From Verrucomicrobiota bacterium (lineage in GTDB: Bacteria; Verrucomicrobiota; Verrucomicrobiia; Opitutales; Opitutaceae): a stretch of DNA of 64,000 nt. This document shows positions 47,203-56,285 of the stretch, piece after piece (the stretch's first letter is position 1; each line of letters begins with the position of its first letter). The notes below the pieces were generated by a model. The model did not search any database. It was given only the letters and a program-made list of their open reading frames with translations, and was not told where the DNA came from. Position numbers and translations under genes: made by a program. Location of the stretch: positions 4,892-68,891 of the forward strand of contig JBDRJH010000198.1 of assembly GCA_043815125.1 (NCBI GenBank), written 5' to 3'.

Positions 47203-47559
47203 CTAGAACGGCACGTCCTCGTCGACGTCGTGGCGGGGCTCGTCGACGATGTTGGGGTCCTCGTCGGCGGCGGGGGCGGGCTTCTTGCCGGCGGCGGCGC
47301 CGGACTCGATCTTCCAGGCGTTGAGGTTGACGTAGTAGTTGTCCTTCCACTCGCGGCCGCGCAGGTCGAAGGAGACTTTGATCTCGTCGCCCTCCTTGAG
47401 GCCGCCGACGAGGGCGACCTTGTCCTTCACGCACTCGAACTTGATGTCCTGCGGGAAGCGCCCGTCGGGGACGGTGATGACGAACTCGCGCTTGTTGAAG
47501 CCGCTGCCGAAGGTTTGCTCGTCGAAGATTTTTTTAACGGTGCCGGTGATCTCAAACAT
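47203..47559 (-). CDS. DUF3127-family (OB-fold-like) protein with an SSB-like disordered linker and acidic C-terminal tip.
   Basis: '[48 protein letters not shown]' resembles DUF3127. The C-terminus '[31 protein letters not shown]' ends in D-E-D-V-P-F. Confidence 0.7.
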   Translation of the reverse strand: MFEITGTVKKIFDEQTFGSGFNKREFVITVPDGRFPQDIKFECVKDKVALVGGLKEGDEIKVSFDLRGREWKDNYYVNLNAWKIESGAAAGKKPAPAADEDPNIVDEPRHDVDEDVPF

Positions 47560-47620
47560 GATGGACAGGGTGAACGGGTGGAGTGCAGGGGGGCCAGTCG
47601 GTTTTTGAAAATATCGTCGG

Positions 47621-48766
47621 TCAGGCGCGGCGGCGCCAAGCGGCGAGGAACATGCCGTTGCAGTTCAGTTGCTCGGGACGGATGAAATGTTGCGCCGGTT
47701 CGCCGGGGAAGGGAAGGGCGAGCGGCTCCAATTCGGGGTGCGCGGCGCCGAAGGCGTCGGCGACGGCGGTGGTCTCGCTGCGGGTCAGGGTGCAGACGGC
47801 GTAGATGAGTTTGTCGCCGGGTTTGAGGGCGGGGGCTGCGTGGTTGAGCAACTGGAGCTGGATCTCGGCGAGTTCCTTCACGTCGTCCAGGGTGGTGGTC
47901 CAGCGGGCGTGCGGGTTGCGCTGCCAGGTGCCGACGCCGGAGCAGGGCGCGTCGATGAGGATGCCGTCGAACTTGGTCTTGGTGGGGAGCACGGGGCCGC
48001 CGTTCCAGACGACCGCGCGGTAGTTGAAGACCTGGGCGCGGGCTGCCCGTTTGCGCAGGTGCGCGAGGCGGCCGGTGTGGCGGTCGCTGGCCCAGATGAG
48101 TCCGCGGTTGTCCATGAGGTCGGCGAGGTGAAGCGTCTTGCCGCCCTGGCCGGCGCAGGTGTCCCACCAGGTCTCGCCGGGCTGCGGCGCGCAGGCGTGG
48201 CCGACGAGCTGCGACCCGAGGTCCTGAATCTCGAACAGCCCCTGCTTGAACTCGTCGACGATGTGCAGGTCGCGCTTGCCGTTATAACTGAACGCGGTGC
48301 CGTCGCCCTTCGAACCAATGTCACTTAATACGTTACAATCGATGGGGGTGGTGTTGCCGAGGGAGCGGGGGAGGGTGGTGGCGAACTCGCGCTGCACGCG
48401 GATGTAGAGCGTGGGGTCGCGCTGGAGTTGGCGGAGGTAGTCGGGGGACAGATCGACCTCGGTTGCGAGCCAGTCGGGGACGGCGCGGGCGGCGAGCGCC
48501 TCGGGCTTGATCGCGTGGTTGTCGGCGTCGAAACGCTCCTGGAGTTCAAGCGCCATGGCGACGCGGCGGTGGGTGGGGGCTTTGGCTTCCAGCCAGCCGA
48601 ACCAGCGGTAGTAGCTGAACACGGCGCGCACGAGGGCGCGCTTGGCGTCGGGCAGGAGATCGCGGTCGGCACCGACGTTTTTGCGGAGGACAAAGTCCGC
48701 CGGCGAGTCGGGCGAGATCTGATCGATAATGGTGCTGGCGCGGGCGATGAGGGCTTGGGCGGACAT
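47621..48766 (-). CDS. RsmB/Sun (NOL1/NOP2) family RNA cytosine-C5 methyltransferase.
   Basis: SAM motif '[11 protein letters not shown]' and the catalytic motifs '[17 protein letters not shown]' and 'LIYAVCTL'. Confidence 0.8.
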   Translation of the reverse strand: MSAQALIARASTIIDQISPDSPADFVLRKNVGADRDLLPDAKRALVRAVFSYYRWFGWLEAKAPTHRRVAMALELQERFDADNHAIKPEALAARAVPDWLATEVDLSPDYLRQLQRDPTLYIRVQREFATTLPRSLGNTTPIDCNVLSDIGSKGDGTAFSYNGKRDLHIVDEFKQGLFEIQDLGSQLVGHACAPQPGETWWDTCAGQGGKTLHLADLMDNRGLIWASDRHTGRLAHLRKRAARAQVFNYRAVVWNGGPVLPTKTKFDGILIDAPCSGVGTWQRNPHARWTTTLDDVKELAEIQLQLLNHAAPALKPGDKLIYAVCTLTRSETTAVADAFGAAHPELEPLALPFPGEPAQHFIRPEQLNCNGMFLAAWRRRA

Positions 48767-48793
48767 GGAAAAATGGAGCGTGGACGCTTGAAT

Positions 48794-48893
48794 CGTAGGG
48801 GCTTCGCTGGCGAGGCCCGTTTGGCGTGGGCTGGCGGTGGGGCGTGTGGTCGGGATAAGGCCGTCAACGGGCCTCGCGAGCGAGGCCCCTACG
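48794..48893. repeat. REPIN-like doublet of inverted GC-rich palindromic units.
   Basis: The left unit is CGTAGGGGCTTCGCTGGCGAGGCCCGTTTG (48794-48823). The right unit is CAACGGGCCTCGCGAGCGAGGCCCCTACG (48865-48893). The 23-nt core of the right unit, GGGCCTCGCGAGCGAGGCCCCTA, is identical at 58428 and 63428. Confidence 0.75.
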
Positions 48894-48900
48894 GGTGGTT

Positions 48901-51900
48901 TCAGCGTTTGGACCAGCTGCGGCGGGTTTCCTTGATTTCGAGGGGCTTGGTCTCGACCTGCGCGCCGAGCACGGCGGGGTGGGTGCGGATGGTTTGGAAA
49001 TCCTCGGCGCGGAGTTTCCAGCCGAGCGCGCGACTGAGTTCGGCGAAGGCGGTGACGCGGCCGGGGAAAACCAGGCCGACCTCGGTGAGGGTGGAACCGG
49101 TGTTTTTATCGAGCAGCTTGCGCAGATCGGCGAGCATCGCGGGGAGCTCGGGGTGGTCGGGCTTGAGCAGCCAGCGCACGCGCTTGACGTGATTGGACAC
49201 GTATACGTCGAGTGGATACAGCTCCTTCACGTTGATGCGCGCGCCCTCCTGGTTGACGATGATGTTGCCGAGCACGACGACCAGGGTGTTCTCGCCGAGG
49301 ATGTGGCCGTAGCTCTCGGTGGCGTCGGCGAACATGTTGAGCTGGATCGACGCCTTGCGGGTGGCGAGGGTGAAGGCGAACCAGGGGCGGTTGTCCTTCT
49401 TGGAGAGTTTTTTGATCAGGTTGGACGCGATGCCGCAGAGGCGGAATTCGACGCGGTCGCCCTGGTTGAGCAGCTCGTCGACGGGGAAGGTGTCGAGCGC
49501 GTCGGCGAGGCCGTGGTAGGCGTTCATCGGGTGGCCGGACACGTAGAAGCCGAGCAGCTCCTTTTCGAAGGCGAGTTTTTCGGACGGGGTGAAGTCGTCC
49601 TCGGCAGCGGGTTTTTTGGCGGCGGCCTTGTCGGTCTTGCCGTTGCGTCCGGCGGGCGGTTCCTCGGCGAGCATGTCGAAGAAACCGGCCTGGCCGGCGG
49701 CGCGGTCGCGGGCGCTGGCGGCGGCCTGGGCCATGGCGCCGTCGATGCGGTCGTAGATGACCTTGCGGGGCTCGCCGGCGTAGTCGAAGGCACCGGTTTT
49801 GACGAGGTGCTCGAGCACGCGTTTGTTGGCGGCCTTGGAGTCGACGCGGTTCACGAAATCGTCGAAGTTTTCGTAGGGGCCGTTGGCCTCGCGTTCCTCG
49901 ATGATTTTGAGCGAGGCGCCTTCGCCGACGCCCTTGATGCCGGCGAGGCCGAAGCGGATTTTTTCGCCGACGGGGGTGAAGGTGTCGCGCGATTCGTTGA
50001 CGTTGGGGCCGAGCACGGTGATGCCCATGGCCTCGGCCTCGGCGACGAAGTGGGAGACTTTTTCGGCGTTGCCGAGCTCGGCGGTGAGCACGGCGGCCAT
50101 GAACTGCACCGGGTAGTTGGCTTTCAAATACGCGGTCTGGTAGGCGATGATGGCGTAGGCGGCGGAGTGGGATTTGTTGAAGCCGTATTGGGCGAATTTG
50201 TTGAGCAGGTCGAAGATCTCGTTGGCCTTGTTTTCGGAGATGCCGTGGAGGTCGCCGGCGCCTTTGACGAATTTGATGCGTTCGCGGGCCATGGCTTCGA
50301 CGTCCTTCTTGCCCATGGCGCGGCGGAGCATGTCGGCGCCGCCGAGGGAGTAGCCGCCGATGACCTTGGCGCACTCCATGACCTGCTCCTGGTAGACGAT
50401 GATGCCGTAGGTTTCGCGCAGGACGGGTTCGAGCAGGGGGTGGGGGTAGGTGACGGAGGCGGGGTCCTTTTTGCCGCGGGCGTAGTCGGGGATGAAGGCC
50501 ATGGGGCCCGGGCGGTAGAGCGCGGAGATGGCGTTGATGTCGTCGACGTTGGAGATGCCGACGAGTTTGGAGGCGTTTTGCATGCCGCCGGACTCGAGCT
50601 GGAAGACGCCGACGGTCTTGCCGATGTTGAGGAGCTCGTAGGTCTTGGGGTCTTCGAGCGAGATGGTCTCGATGTCGAAGGTCTTGTCGGCGGTGCGGCG
50701 GATGTTGGCGACGGCGTCGGAGATGACGGTGAGCGTCTTGAGTCCGAGGAAGTCCATCTTGAGCAGGCCGAGCTTGTCGACGGCCTTCATGGAGAACTGC
50801 ACGGTGACGTCGCCTTCCTGGAGGGTGAGGGGGACGAAGTTTTCGAGGGGCTGGTCGGTGATGATGATGCCGGCGGCGTGTTTGCCGGTGTTGCGGACCA
50901 TTCCCTCGAGCACGAGCGAGGAGTCGATGATGCGCTTGGCGACGGGGTTTTTGTTGATCTCGTTGCGCAGTTCCTCGGATTTGGCGATGGCGTCGGTGAG
51001 CGAGATGTTGATCTCGTCGGGGATCATCTTGGCGAGGCGGTCGGCGTCGGCGAAGGCGAGGTCGTTGACCCGCGAGATGTCGCGCACGACCATCTTGGCG
51101 CCGAGGGTGCCGTAGGTGATGATGTTGGCGACGCAGTCCTTGCCGTATTTCTCGCGCACGTAGTCGATGACCTCGGAGCGGCGGCGCATGCAGAAGTCGA
51201 TGTCGAAGTCGGGCGGCGAGACGCGCTCGGGGTTGAGAAAGCGTTCGAAGAGCAGGCCGAAGCGGATGGGGTCGACGTTGGTGATGCCGAGCAGGTAGGC
51301 GACCATGCAGCCGGCGCCGGAGCCGCGGCCGGGGCCGACGGGGATGTCGTGCTCGCGGGCCCAGTTGATGAAGTCCCAGACGACGAGGAAGTAGTCGACG
51401 AAGCCGGTGACGTTGATGATGGAAAGTTCGTAGCCCATGCGCAGGACGAGCAGCTCGGGCTGATCGAGTCCGGAGTAGTCGGGCGGCTGGGGTTTCTGGC
51501 CGGCCGGGAGGTCTTTGAGCAGGGCGAGGCGGGGGGCGACGATGTCGTGGGTGGCGACGGTGTCGTGATCGACGTTGTAGCGGCGTTTGAGACCCTCGAC
51601 GCAGAGCTGGTGCAGGTATTCGGCGGGTGAATACTTGGACTTGATCTCCGGGGTGAGCGGGTAGCGGGGGTAGCGTTCGGAGCCCTTGGGGAAGGGGATG
51701 GCGAGGTCGCACATCTCGGCGACCTCGACGGTGTTGGTGACGGACTCGGGGCACTCCTTGAAGAGGCGCTTCATCTCGTCGGCGGACTTGAGGTAGAATT
51801 GGTCGCCCGAGAAACGCATGCGGTTTTCGTCGGCGATCTTGGAGCCGGTCTGGATGCAGAGCATCGCGTCGTGCGGCTTGGCGTCGGCGTTTTTGACGTA

Positions 51901-52641
51901 GTGGACGTCGTTGGTGGCGATGATCTTGAGGTTGAACTCGTCGGCGAGGCGCAGGAGGTCGGGGATGATCTTGATCTGCTCGGGGATGCCGTGGTCCTGG
52001 ATTTCAACGAAGAAGTTTTCACGGCCGAAGATGTCGATGAACCTGGCCGTGGCCGCCTGCGCCTGCTCGTAGCGGTCATGCATGAGGTGCTGCGGGATGA
52101 TCGCGGCGAGGCAGCCGGTGAAGCCGATGAGGCCCTCGGCGTGTTTGGCGAGGATCTCCAGGTCGGTGCGGGGTTTGTAGTAAAAGCCGCGTAGGTGGGA
52201 ATCGGAGACGAGTTTGAGCAGGTTTTGGTAGCCGGTGAGGTTTTTGGCCAGCAGGCCCATGTGGTAGTAGCTTTTGCCGTCCTCGGATTTGCCGGTCTTT
52301 TCGAGGCGGGAGCTTTCCACGATATACATCTCGCAACCGATGAGAGGCTTGATGCCCTTGGCCTTGGCGGCGTTGTAGAACGATATGGCGCCGAACATGT
52401 TGCCGTGATCGGTGAGTGCGACGGCGTTCATGCCCATCTCGCAGGCGTGGTCCATCAGGCGGTCGATCCGGCAGGCGCCGTCGAGCAGGCTGTAGTCGGT
52501 GTGAACGTGGAGGTGAACGAAATCGGAGGCGGCGGACGACACGTCGACCAAGCCAACGCGGGGCGACCCGCTGGGCAAGTCCCGACCGACGCCGCGCAAA
52601 ATCAACCTGCCAATCGGGGTGATCCGGGGGAAAAATGCCAT
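48901..52641 (-). CDS. dnaE: DNA polymerase III alpha subunit DnaE.
   Basis: PHP domain 'FVHLHVHTDYSLLDG', 'GPGRGSGAGCMVAYLLGITNVDP', HhH and OB regions. The start is provisionally ATG 52641; ORF 48901..52812 extends further upstream into the rpsU promoter region, and GTG starts closer to 'FVHLH' are possible. Confidence 0.92.
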   Translation of the reverse strand: MAFFPRITPIGRLILRGVGRDLPSGSPRVGLVDVSSAASDFVHLHVHTDYSLLDGACRIDRLMDHACEMGMNAVALTDHGNMFGAISFYNAAKAKGIKPLIGCEMYIVESSRLEKTGKSEDGKSYYHMGLLAKNLTGYQNLLKLVSDSHLRGFYYKPRTDLEILAKHAEGLIGFTGCLAAIIPQHLMHDRYEQAQAATARFIDIFGRENFFVEIQDHGIPEQIKIIPDLLRLADEFNLKIIATNDVHYVKNADAKPHDAMLCIQTGSKIADENRMRFSGDQFYLKSADEMKRLFKECPESVTNTVEVAEMCDLAIPFPKGSERYPRYPLTPEIKSKYSPAEYLHQLCVEGLKRRYNVDHDTVATHDIVAPRLALLKDLPAGQKPQPPDYSGLDQPELLVLRMGYELSIINVTGFVDYFLVVWDFINWAREHDIPVGPGRGSGAGCMVAYLLGITNVDPIRFGLLFERFLNPERVSPPDFDIDFCMRRRSEVIDYVREKYGKDCVANIITYGTLGAKMVVRDISRVNDLAFADADRLAKMIPDEINISLTDAIAKSEELRNEINKNPVAKRIIDSSLVLEGMVRNTGKHAAGIIITDQPLENFVPLTLQEGDVTVQFSMKAVDKLGLLKMDFLGLKTLTVISDAVANIRRTADKTFDIETISLEDPKTYELLNIGKTVGVFQLESGGMQNASKLVGISNVDDINAISALYRPGPMAFIPDYARGKKDPASVTYPHPLLEPVLRETYGIIVYQEQVMECAKVIGGYSLGGADMLRRAMGKKDVEAMARERIKFVKGAGDLHGISENKANEIFDLLNKFAQYGFNKSHSAAYAIIAYQTAYLKANYPVQFMAAVLTAELGNAEKVSHFVAEAEAMGITVLGPNVNESRDTFTPVGEKIRFGLAGIKGVGEGASLKIIEEREANGPYENFDDFVNRVDSKAANKRVLEHLVKTGAFDYAGEPRKVIYDRIDGAMAQAAASARDRAAGQAGFFDMLAEEPPAGRNGKTDKAAAKKPAAEDDFTPSEKLAFEKELLGFYVSGHPMNAYHGLADALDTFPVDELLNQGDRVEFRLCGIASNLIKKLSKKDNRPWFAFTLATRKASIQLNMFADATESYGHILGENTLVVVLGNIIVNQEGARINVKELYPLDVYVSNHVKRVRWLLKPDHPELPAMLADLRKLLDKNTGSTLTEVGLVFPGRVTAFAELSRALGWKLRAEDFQTIRTHPAVLGAQVETKPLEIKETRRSWSKR

Positions 52642-52705
52642 TGACGCGGACGGGCGCGGCTGGCTTTTTTCAACCTTTTCCATCCCAACATCCGTCTTTC
52701 CCAAC

Positions 52706-52903
52706 ATGTCCATCGAAATCAAAATCCGCAAAAACGAGCCGGTTGACCGCGCCATCCGCCGTCTGAAGAAGAAGCTCGAGCGCGAGAACGTCATCAAGGA
52801 CGTCCGTGCCAAGCGCTACTTCGAGAAGCCCTGCCAGAAGCGCCGTCGCAAGGAGAAGGTCATGGCCTTCACCCAGATGCTGCGCCGCCGTCACGCCGAC
52901 TGA
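52706..52903 (+). CDS. rpsU: 30S ribosomal protein S21.
   Basis: In-frame tail of ORF 52619..52903 from ATG 52706: 'MSIEIKIRKNEPVDRAIRRLKKKLERENVIKDVRAKRYFEKPCQKRRRKEK'. Confidence 0.9.
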   Translation: MSIEIKIRKNEPVDRAIRRLKKKLERENVIKDVRAKRYFEKPCQKRRRKEKVMAFTQMLRRRHAD

Positions 52904-52945
52904 TTGCGCCGCCCGCGGCCGTGCGCCGCCGGTCGACTTTCAATG

Positions 52946-52982
52946 ACCGCACCCGCGATGACTCGCGGTGCGGTTTTTTTTC
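52946..52982 (+). terminator. Rho-independent terminator after rpsU.
   Basis: ACCGCACCCGCGA / TCGCGGTGCGGT stem with one bulged C, followed by a T9 run. Confidence 0.7.
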
Positions 52983-53041
52983 GTTTTGAGGGTTGCCGCG
53001 CGCGAAACCAATTTGTCATAGCTTTGCACTTGTCCCTCCAA

Positions 53042-53998
53042 GTGAAGCCGATCCTTGCCTTATCCACCTGCTGGAACTCGTTCCGTCACAACGACGGCTA
53101 TGTGATGCTCCGCGAGATCGCGGACCTCGGCTTTGAATACGCCGAGCTCAGCCACGGTATCCGCATCGTGCTCCTGCCCGGGGTTATCCGCGCGGTCGAG
53201 GAGGGCGTGATCAAGATCAGCTCGATTCACAATTTCTGCCCGCTGCCGGCCGGGGTGAACCAAGCCGCGCCCAACCTCTTCGAGCCGTCCTCGCGTGACC
53301 ACCGTGAACTCGATCAGTGGTTGCGTCACACCAAGCGCTCCCTCGATCTGGCCGCGCAGGTCAAGGCCCGCGTGATGGTCACGCACCTCGGCAGCGTGCA
53401 ATCGTTTTGGTTTCCGCCCTCCCGCAAGATCAAGGCCCACCTCAAGGCCAACCCCGACGCCGCGCGCACCGGCGACAAGGTCTACGAGGCGCTCCTGCGC
53501 AAGGCCTGCGAGCGTCTGCGCAAAAAGATGCCCGCCTATTGGGACCAGGTCCTCGACAGCCTTGAGCAGATCCGCCCCTACGCGGTCGAGCGCGGCATCG
53601 CCATCGGCTGCGAGAACCGCGAAAAATTCGAGGAGCTGCCCATCGACGTCGATTTCGGCGACCTCTTCTCGGCCATGTCCACGCCCCACACCTGCGGTTA
53701 CTGGCACGACACCGGCCACGCCGAGATCAAGCACTCCATGGGCCTGATCGACCATCGCATCCAGCTCGAGCAAAACGTCGACCGACTGCTCGGCTTCCAC
53801 TTGCACGACGTCAGCGCCAAGGGCAAGGACCACCAGCCGGTCGGCACCGGTCGCATCGACTTCGAGATGATCAGCTCCTTCTGGCAACCGCATCATCTGC
53901 TCACCCTTGAGCTCAGTCCGCGTGTTTCCATGGAGGATGTCGAGCTGTCCAAGCAGCGCGTCGAGGCCATGATGGCCAGACGCTTCCCCGGCGCCTGA
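53042..53998 (+). CDS. Sugar phosphate isomerase/epimerase (xylose-isomerase-like TIM barrel) family protein.
   Basis: ORF 52904..53998 trimmed to GTG 53042, downstream of the rpsU terminator. 'LGFEYAELSHG', 'VTHLGS', 'IGCENRE' and 'FHLHD' are typical AP-endonuclease-2/TIM-barrel metal-ligand contexts. Confidence 0.7.
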   Translation: MKPILALSTCWNSFRHNDGYVMLREIADLGFEYAELSHGIRIVLLPGVIRAVEEGVIKISSIHNFCPLPAGVNQAAPNLFEPSSRDHRELDQWLRHTKRSLDLAAQVKARVMVTHLGSVQSFWFPPSRKIKAHLKANPDAARTGDKVYEALLRKACERLRKKMPAYWDQVLDSLEQIRPYAVERGIAIGCENREKFEELPIDVDFGDLFSAMSTPHTCGYWHDTGHAEIKHSMGLIDHRIQLEQNVDRLLGFHLHDVSAKGKDHQPVGTGRIDFEMISSFWQPHHLLTLELSPRVSMEDVELSKQRVEAMMARRFPGA

Positions 53999-55072
53999 TC
54001 AACGCGTTGCCGTCGCCAGCAGCTCGTTCACCCAGCGTCGGTGCGGGCCGGACAACGTGATCGTCGCCAACTCCGCGGGCGTCAGCCAGACCAGTTCGCC
54101 GCCCGAGGCCGACCTCGCCGCCGCCGCGACGCTCTCGGGGACCGCGACCTCGTGGATGAACTCCGTGATCGCGAACCGCGTGATGCCGCGCTTCCGCTTG
54201 GCAAGCAACCGCCCGCGCATCACCGCGTCCTCGCTCATCCCCAGTTGCTCCGCCGTGGGCAACTCGTGCTGGCCCGCCAGCCGCCGTGCCGAGCCCGCCG
54301 CACGATGCAGCAACAGCCGCCCGTCGCGCCAACACCACCCGCGGATCACGCTGACCTGTTCGATCACCCTGGCCGCCAGTCGCGGATAGGCCTCCGGGTC
54401 GCCCGCCCGCGCCCCCGCGCAAAACGCCCGCACCGCGCACACCGTGCACAACGGGTTGTGACGCGTGCAGACCGTCGCCCCCAGCTCCATCATGGCCTGA
54501 TTGTGGTCGCCGGGACGATCCCGGTTAAGCACCGCGTCCGCCGTCGCCGCCAACGCCTTGGCCGCCTCGCCGCTGTTGGCGAAGGCACGCCCATCCGCCG
54601 TTAGGCGGGTCAGGATGCGCACCACGTTGCCATCCACCACCGCCGCCGCCGCGTCGAACGAGATGCTCGTCACCGCCGCCGCCGTGTAGGGACCGATGCC
54701 CGGCAACTCAAGCCACTCGGCGGGCGTCCGCGGCAATTGCGCCCGCGCCGCGATCTCTCGACCCAACCGGTGCAGGTTCCTCGCCCGCGAATAGTAGCCC
54801 AGCCCTTCCCACAGCCGCAGCACGGTCGCCTCGTCGGCCGCCGCCAGCGCCGCGAAGTCCGGCAGTGCCGCCATCCAGCGGTCGAAGTAGGGCAGCATGG
54901 TCTTCACCTGCGTCTGCTGCAGCATGAACTCGCTGACCACCGTGCGGTAGACCGACACCTCCTCGCGCCACGGCAGCCGGCGCCTCGCCACGTCGAACCA
55001 TGCGAGCAACGCCGCCTGAAAACCCGCGCGGTCTTTGATCAAATCCTTGGCCACAAGCCGCCCACGGAGCAC
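53999..55072 (-). CDS. mutY: A/G-specific adenine DNA glycosylase MutY.
   Basis: 'LPWRE...YRTVVSEFMLQQTQV', the HhH-GPD motif 'LPGIGPYTAAAV', the Fe-S cluster loop 'CTRHNPLCTVCAVRAFC', and a NUDIX-like C-terminal domain. Confidence 0.9.
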   Translation of the reverse strand: MLRGRLVAKDLIKDRAGFQAALLAWFDVARRRLPWREEVSVYRTVVSEFMLQQTQVKTMLPYFDRWMAALPDFAALAAADEATVLRLWEGLGYYSRARNLHRLGREIAARAQLPRTPAEWLELPGIGPYTAAAVTSISFDAAAAVVDGNVVRILTRLTADGRAFANSGEAAKALAATADAVLNRDRPGDHNQAMMELGATVCTRHNPLCTVCAVRAFCAGARAGDPEAYPRLAARVIEQVSVIRGWCWRDGRLLLHRAAGSARRLAGQHELPTAEQLGMSEDAVMRGRLLAKRKRGITRFAITEFIHEVAVPESVAAAARSASGGELVWLTPAELATITLSGPHRRWVNELLATATR

Positions 55073-55125
55073 AAAAAACCCCGCGAAGCCAACCGCAGAT
55101 TCTTTTTGTCCTTTCCCCGTTTTTT

Positions 55126-56154
55126 ATGGCCAATCGTGCGATGCCCAAAAAGCCGACCTCCGACGACGAGGCCCCGAAAAAACTTTCCTCCTACACCATC
55201 AAGCTCGACGACGCGCAGATGGAGGCCCTGCACGCCCACTGCCGCGCCCGCCAGTGGACGCCGTTCGAGGTCGCCTACACCCGCTTCGCCTACAAGGCCG
55301 ACCACCTCAAGCTCAACGTCACCGCCTACACCAGCGGCAAGGTCGTGCTCGCCGGCAAGGGCACCGAGGACTTCGTGCGCAACTTCATCGAACCCGAGAT
55401 CACCGGCGCCCCCAAACTCGGCTACGACGAAATCCTCAACCCCGACTGGTTCGAGAGCCACGCCGGTCTCGACGAAAGCGGCAAGGGCGACTTCTTCGGC
55501 CCCGTCGTCGCCGCCACCGTCATCGCCGACAAACCCGCCATCGAGGCCTGGCGCGCCGCCGGCGCCCAGGACTCGAAAAAGATGACCGAGTCCAAGATCC
55601 TCCAGCTCGACCGCCTCATCCGCGAGACCCGCGGCGCCGTCGTCAAGGTCACTTACTGCGGCATGCCCCGCTACAACGAGCTCATGGCCAAACCCCGCGC
55701 CAACCTCAACCTCCTGCTCGCCTGGCAACACGCCAACGCCCTCATCCAGGCCCTCGCCGAGAAACCCGTCAAATGGGGCCTGCTCGACCAGTTCAGCGAA
55801 CAACCCCTCGTGCAACGCGAGCTCGCTAAAAAAAACGTATCCGGCTTCGAACTACGCATGCGCACCAAGGCCGAGTCCGACCCCGTCGTCGCCGCCGCCT
55901 CCATCGTCGCCCGCGCCGAATACGTGCGCATCATGCAAACCCTCTCCAGGCGCTTCGGCGAACCCCTGCAAAAAGGCGCCGGCCCCCTCGTCAAAAAGCA
56001 GGGCCTCGCCATCATCGAACGCTTCGGCGCGCGCGCCCTCGGCGACTTCGCCAAGCTCCACTTCCGCACCGCCTACGAGGTCGTCAAGGACGCCGGCAAG
56101 CTCGACGAACTGCCGCTGCCCGAGCCCAAGGAAAAATTCGGCTTCGGCCGCTGA
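55126..56154 (+). CDS. rnhC: Ribonuclease HIII.
   Basis: An N-terminal TBP-like substrate-binding domain of about 90 aa ('YTIKLDDAQMEALHAHC...KLNVTAYTSGKVVLAGKG') precedes an RNase HII/HIII catalytic core 'AGLDESGKGDFFGPVV' and 'KAESDPVVAAASIVAR'. Confidence 0.85.
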   Translation: MANRAMPKKPTSDDEAPKKLSSYTIKLDDAQMEALHAHCRARQWTPFEVAYTRFAYKADHLKLNVTAYTSGKVVLAGKGTEDFVRNFIEPEITGAPKLGYDEILNPDWFESHAGLDESGKGDFFGPVVAATVIADKPAIEAWRAAGAQDSKKMTESKILQLDRLIRETRGAVVKVTYCGMPRYNELMAKPRANLNLLLAWQHANALIQALAEKPVKWGLLDQFSEQPLVQRELAKKNVSGFELRMRTKAESDPVVAAASIVARAEYVRIMQTLSRRFGEPLQKGAGPLVKKQGLAIIERFGARALGDFAKLHFRTAYEVVKDAGKLDELPLPEPKEKFGFGR

Positions 56155-56176
56155 GCGATGTCCAAACCGCACGGAG

Positions 56177-56279
56177 ATTTAACGCAGAGTCGCAAAGGCG
56201 CAGAGCTCGCAGAGGCTTTGTTTTTGTCGTCGATCAGATTCTCTGCGTTTCTCCCCACCTCCGCGTCTCTGCGTTAAAA
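56177..56279. repeat. Intergenic hairpin repeat of about 103 nt, built from CGCA(A/G)AG units with TTTAACGC...GCGTTAAAA termini (copy 2, more degenerate).
   Basis: The left arm is ATTTAACGCAGAGTCGCAAAGGCGCAGAGCTCGCAGAG. The right arm is CTCTGCGTTTCTCCCCACCTCCGCGTCTCTGCGTTAAAA. The termini and unit structure match the element at 17364-17468. Confidence 0.75.
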
Positions 56280-56285
56280 CTCTCT

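Noticed and set aside
48305-48335. Locally AT-rich stretch containing GGTTCGAAGG (reverse strand) and GTCACTTAAT, considered as a tRNA T-arm or as a third copy of the stop-codon palindrome.
   Set aside because: It lies inside the RsmB-family coding frame (…[13 protein letters not shown]…). It lacks the second palindrome arm and any cloverleaf context, so it is ordinary coding sequence.
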